Shown in pieces: positions 17,802 to 27,813 of a stretch of DNA of 64,000 nucleotides (position 1 is the first letter of the stretch; each line of letters opens with the position of its first letter). Made by a program: the position numbers and the translations under genes. Source of the stretch: Hormoscilla sp. (GTDB taxonomy: Bacteria > Cyanobacteriota > Cyanobacteriia > Cyanobacteriales > Desertifilaceae); assembly GCA_051439505.1 (NCBI GenBank), contig JBFRWI010000228.1, positions 32,001 to 96,000 of the forward strand. The letters are read 5' to 3'. The notes beneath the pieces were generated by a model that did not search any database, had not been told where the DNA came from, and worked only from the letters and a program-made list of their open reading frames with translations.

Positions 17802-18461
17802 ATGAAAGCATTTGTAGCAGGAGCAACAGGTGAGACGGGACGCCGCATTGTCCGAGAACTGGTGGGGCGATCGATCCCGGTGCGGGCGCTGGTGCGGAAT
17901 TTAGAGACCGCTAGTTCAATTCTACCGGCAGAGGCCGAGTTAATAACCGGCGATGTGCTCAACCCAGATAGCATCGCCAGGGCGATGGGAGACAGCACGG
18001 TGCTGCTTTGTGCCACCGGTGCTCAACCCAGCTTGGACCCCAGCGGTCCCTACAGGGTGGACTATGAAGGCACCAAGCATCTGGTAGATGTGGCGAAAGT
18101 GAAGGGAATTGAGCATTTTGTCATCGTATCTTCTCTGTGCGTTTCTCAGCTATTCCATCCCCTCAACTTGTTTTGGTTGATTTTGTGGTGGAAGCTGCAA
18201 GCAGAGGAATATATCCGCAACAGTGGTTTGACTTACACGATCGTCCGACCGGGTGGCCTGACAAATACCGACAACAACGATCCCATAGTCATGTCAGGGG
18301 CGGATACCCTGTTTGATGGCAGAATTCCTCGGACCCAAGTAGCACGGGTATGCGTGGAGGCCCTCTATCAACCAGCGGCCCGCAATAAAATAGTGGAAAT
18401 AGTGACGAAGGCCCAAGGGCCAAGTCAGACTTTTGAGCAATTATTTGCCAGTGTGGTATGA
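17802..18461 (+). CDS. NAD(P)-binding atypical SDR oxidoreductase
   Basis: MKAFVAGATGETG Rossmann motif, VDYEGT, YTIVRPGGL. Confidence 0.9.
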   Translation: MKAFVAGATGETGRRIVRELVGRSIPVRALVRNLETASSILPAEAELITGDVLNPDSIARAMGDSTVLLCATGAQPSLDPSGPYRVDYEGTKHLVDVAKVKGIEHFVIVSSLCVSQLFHPLNLFWLILWWKLQAEEYIRNSGLTYTIVRPGGLTNTDNNDPIVMSGADTLFDGRIPRTQVARVCVEALYQPAARNKIVEIVTKAQGPSQTFEQLFASVV

Positions 18462-19102
18462 GAGAGAAAAAAAAAGTGATTATTGCTGGTGGCTTAGTAG
18501 CGATCGGGTTGATATTGTTACAGCCATCTTGGCGTTCATTATGGAGGCCAACAGAGGATAGATCGAGCCCCACGCAAGTTCTACGGGGCGCGAGAAAGCC
18601 CCTGGCCATGAAAGGAGGCGACCCTTACATTCGGGCGTTGATGCGAACCATCTCTGCCAGCGAATCGAACTATCCTCAACCCTATGGGGTTTTGTATGGG
18701 GGCAAACAGGCGGAAGACCTGAGGAGCCATCCAGATATATGCATAACTATTGTGGCGGGACCAAATCGGGGAAATTGCACTACGGCGGCGGGTCGCTATC
18801 AGTTTCTGACTACGACTTGGATAGAAAAGGCGAGGCGGTATCATCCCAGGCCCTGGAGGTTTCTGCTTTGGGAGTCTTATAGTTTTGAACCGCAATATCA
18901 GGATGCGGTACTCCATGACTGGCTGAGTGACTATTATGCTTGGGAAGCGGATATTCCCCAATTGCTGCGAGAAGGAGAATTGGATTACGTGTTCCGGTTG
19001 CTGTCGGGGACTTGGACGAGTTTGGGCTACGGCATTGAGAGTAACTCAATGACGCCCTATCTGCCACAGATTTATCAGCAAGTGCTTGCAGAAGAACTTT
19101 AA
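18458..19102 (+). CDS. Lambda-lysozyme-like muramidase (GH104-type) with N-terminal membrane anchor
   Basis: RALMRTISASES, TAAGRYQFL..TW, WTSL; hydrophobic N-terminus. Confidence 0.8.
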   Translation: MREKKKVIIAGGLVAIGLILLQPSWRSLWRPTEDRSSPTQVLRGARKPLAMKGGDPYIRALMRTISASESNYPQPYGVLYGGKQAEDLRSHPDICITIVAGPNRGNCTTAAGRYQFLTTTWIEKARRYHPRPWRFLLWESYSFEPQYQDAVLHDWLSDYYAWEADIPQLLREGELDYVFRLLSGTWTSLGYGIESNSMTPYLPQIYQQVLAEEL

Positions 19103-19222
19103 CAAATTTACTGCCAATGAGGAAAAATGTACTACTATAGATAATTGGGCCTTCGATGCCTTCGGGATGCTTTGCAAAAAACCCTCCGGCATCGCTGCAA
19201 TAACTGAAAAGGGGTGGGATCA

Positions 19223-19435
19223 ATGGTAACTTTAAGCATTTCTAAGCAGGAGATTTCCCAAATGACAGGGGCGGATGTGGCAGAACTGGCCGCACGTCTG
19301 GAACGGGATGAGTATAGTAACGTGTTTGAAGGGTTGCAGGATTGGCATCTGCTACGGGCGATCGCCTTTCAGCGTCCGGAGTTGGTCGAACCCTACATGG
19401 AATTGCTAGACTTGGAAGCTTACGATGAAGCATGA
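19223..19435 (+). CDS. DUF2555 family protein
   Basis: [10 protein letters not shown]...[12 protein letters not shown]; overlaps the coaBC start, as is typical in cyanobacteria. Confidence 0.75.
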   Translation: MVTLSISKQEISQMTGADVAELAARLERDEYSNVFEGLQDWHLLRAIAFQRPELVEPYMELLDLEAYDEA

Positions 19436-20636
19436 AGGACATGAACGGGTTTTGATTGGCATCACTGGCGGGATTGCGGCTTATAAGGTATGCGAGGTAA
19501 TTTCAACTCTAGCAAAGGCTGGGGTGCAAGTGCGGGCAATTGTGACCCAAAAAGCTACCGAATTTATCACGCCCCTGACGGTGGCGACTCTCTGTCGCCA
19601 TCAAGCTTACATTGATTCCGATTTCTGGCAAGCGATTCACGGACGTCCGCTGCATATTGAGTTGGGAGAATGGGCGCAGCTGTTGGCGATCGCGCCATTA
19701 ACGGCAAATACGCTGGCAAAGTTAACCTCTGGTTTTGCGGATAATTTGCTGACAAATACGGTATTAGCTTCTACTTGTCCGATCTTGTTGGCACCAGCAA
19801 TGAATACGGATATGTGGTCCCAGCAGATCGTGCAGAAAAATTGGCAAGAGTTACTCCGAGATCGCCGCTATCATAGTGCGGGCATGGGGACTGGCATCCT
19901 GGCGTGCGATCGGGTGGGTGCCGGGCGGATGGCAGAGCCCACTGATATTATTGCTCATATCTATTCTCTCTTACATACTAACGGAAAACGAGATTTAGCA
20001 GGCAAGCGGGTGTTAATTAGTGCGGGGGGAACGCGGGAACATCTGGACCCAGTGCGCTTTATTGGCAATCCTGCTACTGGTAAGATGGGATTGGCATTGG
20101 CCCGGGCCGCAGTTCATCGAGGGGCGGCGGTAACTTTGGTACATGGGGGTTTGCCATCCTTACCAGAATTGGAGATGAAAGCTATCTCGGTTGTCAGCGC
20201 TGCGGAAATGCGATCGCACCTGCTGCGTTGCTTTCCGGAAGCAGATATTACAATTATGGCAGCAGCCGTGGCAGATGTCAAGCCCGTTACCTATGCTGCG
20301 GAAAAGTTACCGAAAAAGTTACTGCCTGGGGCTTTAGAATTAGAACCAGTACCCGATATCATAGCAGAGTTGGGCACGATGAAGCAACCCCATCAAAAGT
20401 TAATTGGTTTTGCTGCCCAAACTGGAGATATTGTTAAGCCGGCTTGGGAAAAGTTGCAACGGAAAAAGTTGGATGCGATCGCGGCAAACCCGATCGATCT
20501 TCCCAATGCGGGGTTTGGCGGGGATACAAATCAAGCTATATTTTTAGATGCGACAGGACGCCAGCAGGAAATCCCAGCTTGTAGTAAATTGGAGATGGCT
20601 CACAATTTGTTGGATTTTATTCACACTCTGTGTTAA
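19425..20636 (+). CDS. coaBC: Phosphopantothenoylcysteine decarboxylase/ligase
   Basis: [50 protein letters not shown]. Confidence 0.97.
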   Translation: MKHEGHERVLIGITGGIAAYKVCEVISTLAKAGVQVRAIVTQKATEFITPLTVATLCRHQAYIDSDFWQAIHGRPLHIELGEWAQLLAIAPLTANTLAKLTSGFADNLLTNTVLASTCPILLAPAMNTDMWSQQIVQKNWQELLRDRRYHSAGMGTGILACDRVGAGRMAEPTDIIAHIYSLLHTNGKRDLAGKRVLISAGGTREHLDPVRFIGNPATGKMGLALARAAVHRGAAVTLVHGGLPSLPELEMKAISVVSAAEMRSHLLRCFPEADITIMAAAVADVKPVTYAAEKLPKKLLPGALELEPVPDIIAELGTMKQPHQKLIGFAAQTGDIVKPAWEKLQRKKLDAIAANPIDLPNAGFGGDTNQAIFLDATGRQQEIPACSKLEMAHNLLDFIHTLC

Positions 20637-20682
20637 AATTAAGCAGGACGAGAGTAGAAGATGAATTAGGGAGGGATCGAAG

Positions 20683-20892
20683 ATGACAGAGGATATTTTT
20701 CATAATCCTATCAAACAAGTAGATAGTTTGAGTAATGTTAGAGAAGATCGGGTGGTGGGGAAGCCAAAATCGTTAAAGGCGATGATCGGAACGGGTAAAG
20801 GATGTTTTAAGACGCCTCAAGAAGCTGATGACTTTATTCGTAGGGAACGAGATAAATGGCCATTTAAAATGCAATTCGCGGCGAGTCGATAA
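20683..20892 (+). CDS. Small hypothetical, antitoxin-like protein
   Basis: RBS gggaggg. IGTGKGCFKTPQEADDFIRRERDKW resembles small cyanobacterial TA-associated proteins; no toxin gene follows. Confidence 0.55.
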   Translation: MTEDIFHNPIKQVDSLSNVREDRVVGKPKSLKAMIGTGKGCFKTPQEADDFIRRERDKWPFKMQFAASR

Positions 20893-21025
20893 TGAATATA
20901 TGGTACAATAGTAGAGTAAATCATAAAGCGATCGGGCTAGCAGGGACCGGTGATCGCAAAATCGCTAGCCTGAAAATTATCCCATTTTGTCAAAACAATG
21001 CTACAATTACTTGAAGATTAGATTG

Positions 21026-21081
21026 TTAGTCGGTTTCAACCGACTTTAGCTATTAGCCGGGGGTTTGAACCCCCGGCGGGC
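21026..21081. repeat. 56-bp double-hairpin dispersed repeat, copy 1
   Basis: ttagtcggtttcaaccgactttagctattagccgggggtttgaacccccggcgggc; identical to 32374-32429. Confidence 0.9.
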
Positions 21082-21179
21082 TGACGGCAAAGTGAGAGAA
21101 CTTTCGCGGAAGAAGTGTAGCAACATTTGCCGACATTTGGTATTATTGTAGAACCATTCAATTTGTGAGATTATCTGAT

Positions 21180-23444
21180 ATGTCATTTAGCTTTGGGGTA
21201 CAAAAGGATCCAATTTACGGGACTTACGGCGAGTTTACCATCGGTGCGGAAGAGAACCAAGTAAGGGCCCAATTTCTATTGACAAAAATGAAACCCGGAA
21301 CGGAGGGGAGTTGGGAAAATGCCCTGGCAGACCAGATGGTGCCTTGGCGTGAAGTATTTAATATCGAAGAGATGACTTTTGACGAACTTCTACAGCGCGA
21401 TCTAGATGATTCTCGGGTTGTCCACGAACTGATCCCCTATTTACTTGGAGAGTCAGGGGCTTTCGCCAGATTTTTCCCACCAATTCTGGCAGTAATAGCA
21501 CCCAAAAAGGCAGAAAAAACTGGAATTATGCCTTACTATCCGGTTCCCAGGACGCCAACGGCAGAATTGGTTAGCTTTGGAGATGTCTTTGATTTTGAGA
21601 AGACTGTAATTGATGGTCAGGTGAGTCCTCTGGGAATCATCAAATACAATCGCTCAAAAACATCCTTCATCATAGTAGACGGTCAACACCGGGCCATGGC
21701 AGTTTTGGCATTACACCGACAGATTAATAAGACCTGGAAGGAGAATAAATATGCTGGTTTTTACAATCATCTTGCCCTCAGGGAAAGTGCAATCAAAAAC
21801 ATTGAACTACCTGTATGCGTTGTTTTTTTTCCGGACATACATGCAGGAAATGAAGTCTGCCAGCAGAAGGGAATTAATCTGCAAGCTGTGTGCCGGGAGA
21901 TATTTGTAGTCGTCAATAAGAAAGCCAAGCAAGTTAGCGAATCACGGGAACTCCTGCTGGACGACGAGGATTTAGCAGCCAGGATGATGCGTGAAACTCT
22001 ATCCTTACTCAAAGATCGCGGCGAGGAGGACGCCTCAGTTGCTCACGTCTATTCTTTCGACTATGGAGATGCAGTATCCACGGAAGTGGTAGCCGGTCAA
22101 CTTGAATATACTTCTGCTGTAGCGTTGCACAAGATGCACGCAGCAGTTGCCTTCGGGATGCAAGAAGCTTTCCAACTCGACCAGAACAAAAATGTCGCCG
22201 ATGGGGGCAAGACTCTTAACTCAAAGCGACCTGCTGAGATTTTGATCGGCACTAAACTCGACAAGTGGTCTTCACTTTCCCGTCGTTCTGGGAGATATCA
22301 CCATCCTGATGAAGTGGAAGAAGCTGTCAAGCTATTAGCCAAGATTTTGGATGTCGTGATGCTGCCACTTTTCGATAGCTTCCGACCCTTCGCCGTCCAC
22401 AACTCGGAAATGAGAGCTTTACGCACTCGTTTAAAGGATGCAGACTTGATCGCAGATCCCATCGAACGCAAGTGCTTCAGACTCCTGTTTGAAGGCAGCG
22501 GTGTCAGAAAAGTTTTTGAAGAACACAAGCAGCGACTGAGCGATCGCAAAAAGCAACACAAGGAAGAAGGACGAGATATCGGAGATTACGTTAGAAATCA
22601 GCTCAAGGATGCTAAGATGGCTTCTGCTAGACTCAAGCGGTACGAAGAGGATATCAAGGGGCGAAGAGCGGCAAGGTTGTTCGCGATCGATTATGATAAA
22701 TTCTCCTCCACACAAGAAGAGACAAAAGAGTTACTTGACTGCGCTAGTTTGATTTATGAGACGATCTCCACACAAGCTTTTCAACTGGGGTACTTAATGG
22801 CGGTGCATTCAGTTGTCGAGCTGCTGCTAACGGCAGGTACGGAATACGATCGGCGTCTGAAGGTCATAGAATTTGTCTCCAGCATGTACTTAGCTGCGCT
22901 CAACCGGTATTTTTCTGCGGGTGCTGATGTTCAGCATCGCACTCTCAAGGGTTTTGTCAAGGAAAAAAGAGCTAGAGTCTTCGATCCCAATCAACCTAGT
23001 CTCCGAGGACTGCTTGCCAAGACGGTGAAAAATCTTGATGCCAGTCAGTGGGCTTTCTTTCGCTATGCAATTTTGGAGATTGTCCACTCTAAACACGCTT
23101 ATAAGGCACTCTTAGATAAATTAAACACCGCTAGCGATCCTACAATAGCACGTGCCTATAGGCGGGATCTCCCGAAGCTGACTGACTTAATTGATAGCTT
23201 GCGGTATCGATATATAAAATCATCTGTGGATACAGCGATAAAATCCTCAGAATTTAAGCAAGAAATTTTGCTGCTCAAGGTTATGTTACAGCGAGAGGGT
23301 AAGTCAGAAAACGAGATCGCTCAAAGCATCGCAAAAAAAGAAGATTCAAAGGTGGAAGAGGTCAAGGAACAATGTAAGCAGAATATTTCTGCCAGTTTAG
23401 GAGAATTTGCCGATGCCGATCGGATCGCGAACCGTCTGCTCTAG
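21180..23444 (+). CDS. DGQHR-domain (DndB-like, ParB/Srx superfamily) protein with long C-terminal extension
   Basis: LQRDLD..RV, FFPPILAV, IIVDGQHRAMA, REIFVVVNKKAKQVS. ATG at 21180 (GTG at 21165). Confidence 0.85.
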   Translation: MSFSFGVQKDPIYGTYGEFTIGAEENQVRAQFLLTKMKPGTEGSWENALADQMVPWREVFNIEEMTFDELLQRDLDDSRVVHELIPYLLGESGAFARFFPPILAVIAPKKAEKTGIMPYYPVPRTPTAELVSFGDVFDFEKTVIDGQVSPLGIIKYNRSKTSFIIVDGQHRAMAVLALHRQINKTWKENKYAGFYNHLALRESAIKNIELPVCVVFFPDIHAGNEVCQQKGINLQAVCREIFVVVNKKAKQVSESRELLLDDEDLAARMMRETLSLLKDRGEEDASVAHVYSFDYGDAVSTEVVAGQLEYTSAVALHKMHAAVAFGMQEAFQLDQNKNVADGGKTLNSKRPAEILIGTKLDKWSSLSRRSGRYHHPDEVEEAVKLLAKILDVVMLPLFDSFRPFAVHNSEMRALRTRLKDADLIADPIERKCFRLLFEGSGVRKVFEEHKQRLSDRKKQHKEEGRDIGDYVRNQLKDAKMASARLKRYEEDIKGRRAARLFAIDYDKFSSTQEETKELLDCASLIYETISTQAFQLGYLMAVHSVVELLLTAGTEYDRRLKVIEFVSSMYLAALNRYFSAGADVQHRTLKGFVKEKRARVFDPNQPSLRGLLAKTVKNLDASQWAFFRYAILEIVHSKHAYKALLDKLNTASDPTIARAYRRDLPKLTDLIDSLRYRYIKSSVDTAIKSSEFKQEILLLKVMLQREGKSENEIAQSIAKKEDSKVEEVKEQCKQNISASLGEFADADRIANRLL

Positions 23445-23512
23445 GGTTGTTAATGCCAGTGAAAACCGACTGAAAGCATTGTAGAGAAATGAAACAGCCC
23501 TGGTGGCCTCTT

Positions 23513-23680
23513 GAGAGGTCCAAAACCTCAACCGAGAGGTTTCAAACCTCAACGGAGAGGTCCAAAACCTCAACCGAGAGGTCCAAAACCTCAACCGAGA
23601 GGTTTCAAACCTCAACCGAGAGGTTTCAAACCTCAACCGAGAGGTCCAAAACCTCAACCGAGAGGTTTCAAACCTCAACC
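23513..23680. repeat. 8 x 21-bp tandem array of palindromic units
   Basis: Units gagaggtccaaaacctcaacc (A) and gagaggtttcaaacctcaacc (B), in order A,B',A,A,B,B,A,B. Confidence 0.95.
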
Positions 23681-24186
23681 GAGAACGGAGAACGGAGAAC
23701 TTACATGCGGAGGGGGCAAATTCACGCCCCCCTTCCGTTACAAGGCAGAGCCTCGTAACGAGGGGAGCCTGTTGGCGAATCGACTGGGGGGCGTCGCCCC
23801 CCAGCAACTCCAAACCATTATGAATCAATGATTTTCTCCCCTCTCCCTGCTCCCTGCTCCCTGCTCTCGCAGATCGCTCGTGGAAGGTAATTCGCCAACA
23901 ACATCCGAGGGGGGGTTTGGGAGGATCCCCTATACAACTAATGCATGACCACACCCGGTGCTAAGTTAATATTTCTTTACATTCAGGCTCCCGGTCAGTC
24001 AATCAGCTGTCCGGAAACATCCCCAGGCTGCGCCCTGCCGTCGTTGTGGCTGATGCGATCGGGTGGGGGCGAGAAACATCTTAACGATTCTTAATGTTAA
24101 TCGGAATCAAAAAGTTCTAAAGTATCTAAGGTAACAGTTTAGGCAGGCTGCCGGATAGTCAACTTTACACTCACCAAGAGGAACGT

Positions 24187-24936
24187 ATGAGTACAAATCT
24201 AGCCGCAAAATTGCGCGAAGGTACGAAAAAAGCCCACACGGCGGCAGAAAACATGGGTTTTATCAAGTGCTTCTTGAAGGGCACGGTTGAGAAAAACTCT
24301 TACCGGAAGCTAGCAGGGAACCTCTACTTCGTCTATTCAGCGATGGAAGAAGAGATGGAACGCCACCGCAACCACCCGATTATGGGTAAAATGTACTTTC
24401 CCGAGCTGAACCGCAAGGGCAGTCTGGAAAAAGACCTGACATACTACTATGGTGACAACTGGCGGGAAGAAGTGTCGCTCACGCCAGGGGGACAAGCTTA
24501 CGTGCAGCAGATCCGGGAGATTTCTGCTACGGAACCAGAACTGCTGATCGCTCACCTTTATACCCGCTACATGGGCGACTTGTCTGGAGGACAAATTCTC
24601 AAGAAAATTGCCCAAACAGGCATGAAATTGCAAGATGGGCAAGGAACGGCTTTCTACGAGTTCCCGGAAATTCCAGATGAGAAGGCGTTTAAGGCAAATT
24701 ATCGCCAAACTATGGATGATTTGCCAATCTCGGAGGCGACAGCAGATAAGATCGTCAAGACAGCTATTGCATCTTTTGAGCTGAACATGAAAATGTTCAA
24801 AGAGTTAGAAGGTAGCTTGATGAAGGCGATCGGTATTATGGTCTATCATGCTCTGATATGGGGTCGGATTCGCGGTAGCACGGAAACGAAAAAGAAAACG
24901 GAAAAGGAAACAGAACTGGCAACTGCTGACAGTTAA
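24187..24936 (+). CDS. ho1: Heme oxygenase (biliverdin-producing)
   Basis: LREGTKKAHTAAEN, KCFLKG.VEKNSYRKL, YFPELNR, HLYTRYMGDLSGGQILK. Confidence 0.93.
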   Translation: MSTNLAAKLREGTKKAHTAAENMGFIKCFLKGTVEKNSYRKLAGNLYFVYSAMEEEMERHRNHPIMGKMYFPELNRKGSLEKDLTYYYGDNWREEVSLTPGGQAYVQQIREISATEPELLIAHLYTRYMGDLSGGQILKKIAQTGMKLQDGQGTAFYEFPEIPDEKAFKANYRQTMDDLPISEATADKIVKTAIASFELNMKMFKELEGSLMKAIGIMVYHALIWGRIRGSTETKKKTEKETELATADS

Positions 24937-25209
24937 AAATTAGTCCCGACGGCGATGCTGTTGACAAGTTGTAGTGGGGGTGCTATGGCATGAAACGCTA
25001 TATGCCTCGACTGGAACTTGACGACAGCATCGTATTTGTAAATGGCGAATGGTTAATGGCTAATAAGTAGGATGTAGGGTGGGCATTGCCCACCAATGAG
25101 AGCGATCGCCTTTGTCAGAAGCATGATATAATCGAGGTGGTTTCGTCAATGCTCCGCAATTGTAGAATGCAATCGCGGAGCTTTATTCCGTTAAAATAAG
25201 GAGAGTGAT

Positions 25210-25476
25210 ATGAATGAGTCTAAACGCCGGGCTTACTGGCGGGCAAACACGGATTTAATCAGAAATTTGCTGATTGTTTGGGCCCTAGTGTCCCTGGGAT
25301 GCAGTATTCTGCTAGTAGAACCTTTGAATGCTGTGCGTCTGGGTGGCGTACCTCTGGGTTTCTGGATGGCCCAGCAAGGTTCGATATTTGTGTTTGTTTC
25401 CCTGATCTTTATCTATGCTATTCAGATGGATAAGATCGAACGCAAATATAATAAGGATGAGAGAATTGAGAATTGA
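25210..25476 (+). CDS. DUF4212 small membrane protein (solute symporter partner)
   Basis: YWRAN, PLGFWMAQQGSI; lies upstream of a sodium:solute symporter. Confidence 0.85.
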   Translation: MNESKRRAYWRANTDLIRNLLIVWALVSLGCSILLVEPLNAVRLGGVPLGFWMAQQGSIFVFVSLIFIYAIQMDKIERKYNKDERIEN

Positions 25477-25528
25477 GAATTGAGAATTGAGAATAATTGT
25501 GTGGGAAAAATTAATATGAGGGTAAAAG

Positions 25529-26290
25529 ATGTCTGTTGAAGTATGGACTTTTTTATTTGTGACGATTTCGTTTATGCTCTATCTTTATATAGGTTGGCGA
25601 TCGCGCGTCCGGGACAGCGCTGCGCGCCGCTGCGCGATCGGAGGGTTTTTTTGTGGCCGATCGGGGGGTGCCCGCGATCGCGAATGGGGCGGCGACTGCT
25701 GCTGACTGGATGTCCGCTGCTTCCTTTATCTCCATGGCGGGATTAATTTCCTTCCTGGGTTCTATCTATCTGATGGGTTGGACTGGGGGATATGTACTCC
25801 TGGCGTTGCTTTTAGCTCCCTATCTGCGCAAGTTTGGCAAGTATACTGTACCGGATTTTGTGGGCGATCGCTATTACTCTAATGTGGCCCGCATTGTTGC
25901 CGCGATCGCGGCGATTTTTGTGTCCCTCACCTACGTAGCGGGTTTGCCTTTGGTTTAGCAGCAGCAAGCTTTTTCCCCGTTATTATCTTAGGCGTATTTG
26001 ACAAGCGTACCAACCGGGAAGGGGCGATCGCGGGGATGTTAGTGGGGTTAATTTTCACCGCAGCTTACATCATCGGGGTAAAATTCTACGGGATGGATAC
26101 ATGGTTTTTCGGAGTTTCTGCAGAAGGAATTGGCACCGTGGGGATGGTACTCAATTTTGTAGTAACTTTAATTGTCTCGCGCCTGACGCCAGCACCCCCA
26201 GCGGAAATTCAGGAGATGGTAGAGGTATTGCGGACCCCTGGAGACGAACCGCCAGCACTTGCAGAAGTGGGCGAAGAACAGTTAGATTAA
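25529..26290 (+). pseudogene. Sodium:solute symporter (ActP-like) pseudogene
   Basis: [15 protein letters not shown] and [16 protein letters not shown] present. Frameshifting ~22-bp insertion at 25619-25640. Large central deletion joins LTYVAG, out of frame, to [11 protein letters not shown]...NREGAIAGM. Confidence 0.88.
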
Positions 26291-26394
26291 AATTTGTGCT
26301 CGCTTTCTCGTTCCCTGGGAGAGTCAGGGAACGAACAGAGTAGGTTATGCTATAATAGTTCTAGAACCCAAAACAAAGCTGTAAAATGTTATGG

Positions 26395-26573
26395 GATCTC
26401 AAACAGCGATTTTGTGGATTTGGTCACTCCCTTAAAAACCGCAAATTCTTTGGGTGACTTGTGGCCATGTCACTAATCTATATCTTCGATAAATGTTTAC
26501 CAATACCTTTCCAGAAGCCTTATCGCTACTCCAAGCTGGTGAACAGATTGTGGAAATTGGCGATCGCCCTTAA
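26395..26573 (+). pseudogene. DUF5615 (PIN-like) C-terminal remnant
   Basis: Hand translation: SDFVDLVT / PQILWVTCGHVTNLYLR*MFTNTFPEALSLLQAGEQIVEIGDRP, with a frameshift and an internal stop. Confidence 0.65.
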
Positions 26574-26659
26574 ACTATGATTCTCTACGGGGGTTTCGCA
26601 GTTGCTCGAATCACCCGAACGAGATATAATATAGCAGTTTACTGACACTAAGATAGTCC

Positions 26660-26899
26660 ATGTCTACTTATAATCAGGTACTCAGCCTCGCAAAGAACCT
26701 CTCGTCCGACGAGCAACTGCGACTGTTATCGGAATTAGCTATGCAGCTTCGTGACTCAATGGCATCGGACCCCGATCGCAGTTTGGTAAAATCGGTAAAA
26801 TCGCCAGATACAGGGAAAAATAAATGGCGGGGCTTTTTGCCAGAACGGGTGGATGCTTTGGAGTTCCAGCTAGCAATTAGGAGGGAATGGGGTGAGTAA
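26660..26899 (+). CDS. Small antitoxin-like hypothetical protein
   Basis: LSSDEQLRLLSEL...KWRGFL...DALEFQLAIRREW; its N-terminus is duplicated at 29424. Confidence 0.65.
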   Translation: MSTYNQVLSLAKNLSSDEQLRLLSELAMQLRDSMASDPDRSLVKSVKSPDTGKNKWRGFLPERVDALEFQLAIRREWGE

Positions 26900-26929
26900 A
26901 GGCAGCCCTTTCAACCTGTATTAATACCG

Positions 26930-27010
26930 CAATTGATGATTGAACTAAATCATATCAAACTATTGGTTTTTGACCCGGAAGCGAAGGAGGTACTCCAATG
27001 GACAGCATAG
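26930..27010 (+). pseudogene. XisH C-terminal stub
   Basis: LMIELNHIKLLVFDPEAKEVLQWTA* overlaps the XisI start, as in xisH-xisI pairs. Confidence 0.65.
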
Positions 27011-27333
27011 AATTATATCGATATCCGATCGAACAAGTCCTGAGAAAACACGCTGATATTCCTTATTCTTTAGACAAGATTGATGAGTATTTGATTGTCG
27101 ATCGCGATCGCAATCATTTTTTGCTGTTGGATGTAGGGTGGCAGCAAAAACGCCGGGTCCACGGATGCCTTACCCACGTTCAGATTATTGATGGTAAAAT
27201 CTGGATTCAACGGGATGGTATCGAAGATGGTATCACAGAAGAATTGGTCGAAGCGGGTATTCCTAAATCAGATATTGTGCTGGGGTTTCATCCACCGGAG
27301 GTTCGTCATTATACGGGTTACGCGATCGCCTGA
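26998..27333 (+). CDS. xisI: XisI family protein
   Basis: DRDRNHFLLLDVGW, HVQIIDGKIWIQRDGIEDGI, GIPKSDIVLGFHPP. Confidence 0.92.
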   Translation: MDSIELYRYPIEQVLRKHADIPYSLDKIDEYLIVDRDRNHFLLLDVGWQQKRRVHGCLTHVQIIDGKIWIQRDGIEDGITEELVEAGIPKSDIVLGFHPPEVRHYTGYAIA

Positions 27334-27445
27334 TGACGCCCGATCACCCATAAGCTGCCGGTTTGGTCTGGGCACGAAACCCAACCGCATTAACGCCTAA
27401 ATTATTATATCATAGGAATTCCAGAATGAAATTAAATGACAGGTT

Positions 27446-27811
27446 ATGGAACCAACAGAAGCTCAATACCTGATTATTAACGCTCTAGAAACCTTGGAAC
27501 TGCTCGATCAGCAAACATTCGATCGGGATACGGGTATTTGGTATATCAGCACTCCTAGCCCGGCTCTGACAATTGCTATGATATTGCCCAGTGGTGATAT
27601 TGCGAGAGTGAATTTACCAGTTAACCTCCCTTTACAAAGAACAGACGCTCAAACCATGATTGTTAATGCGCTTTCAACTTTGGAACTACTTCAGCAACGC
27701 TTCCTTGACCGGGAAACAGGGAATTTGTACATCCGCACCCCCAGTAGGGTGCTACCAATTGCTATAATATCACCAAGTGGCGATCTTGTACCAACTGATT
27801 GGATGTTATAA
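27446..27811 (+). CDS. Hypothetical protein with an internally duplicated ~55-aa domain
   Basis: AQYLIINALETLELL...DRDTGIWYISTPS..ILPSGD, repeated as AQTMIVNALSTLELL...DRETGNLYIRTPS..ISPSGD. Confidence 0.75.
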   Translation: MEPTEAQYLIINALETLELLDQQTFDRDTGIWYISTPSPALTIAMILPSGDIARVNLPVNLPLQRTDAQTMIVNALSTLELLQQRFLDRETGNLYIRTPSRVLPIAIISPSGDLVPTDWML

Positions 27812-27813
27812 CT

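Noticed and set aside
18458..19102. Prophage lysis gene
   Set aside because: No phage genes nearby; it overlaps a housekeeping-type SDR gene, so it is likely a resident muramidase.
23513..23680. CRISPR array
   Set aside because: Units abut with no unique spacers, and no cas genes are present.
23397..23954. ORFs over the 21-bp array (23397-, 23489+, 23511+)
   Set aside because: Open only because the repeat lacks stops; no RBS or family features.
26930..27333. fdxN-type excision element
   Set aside because: No XisF recombinase or interrupted gene; xisH/xisI homologues are commonly dispersed.
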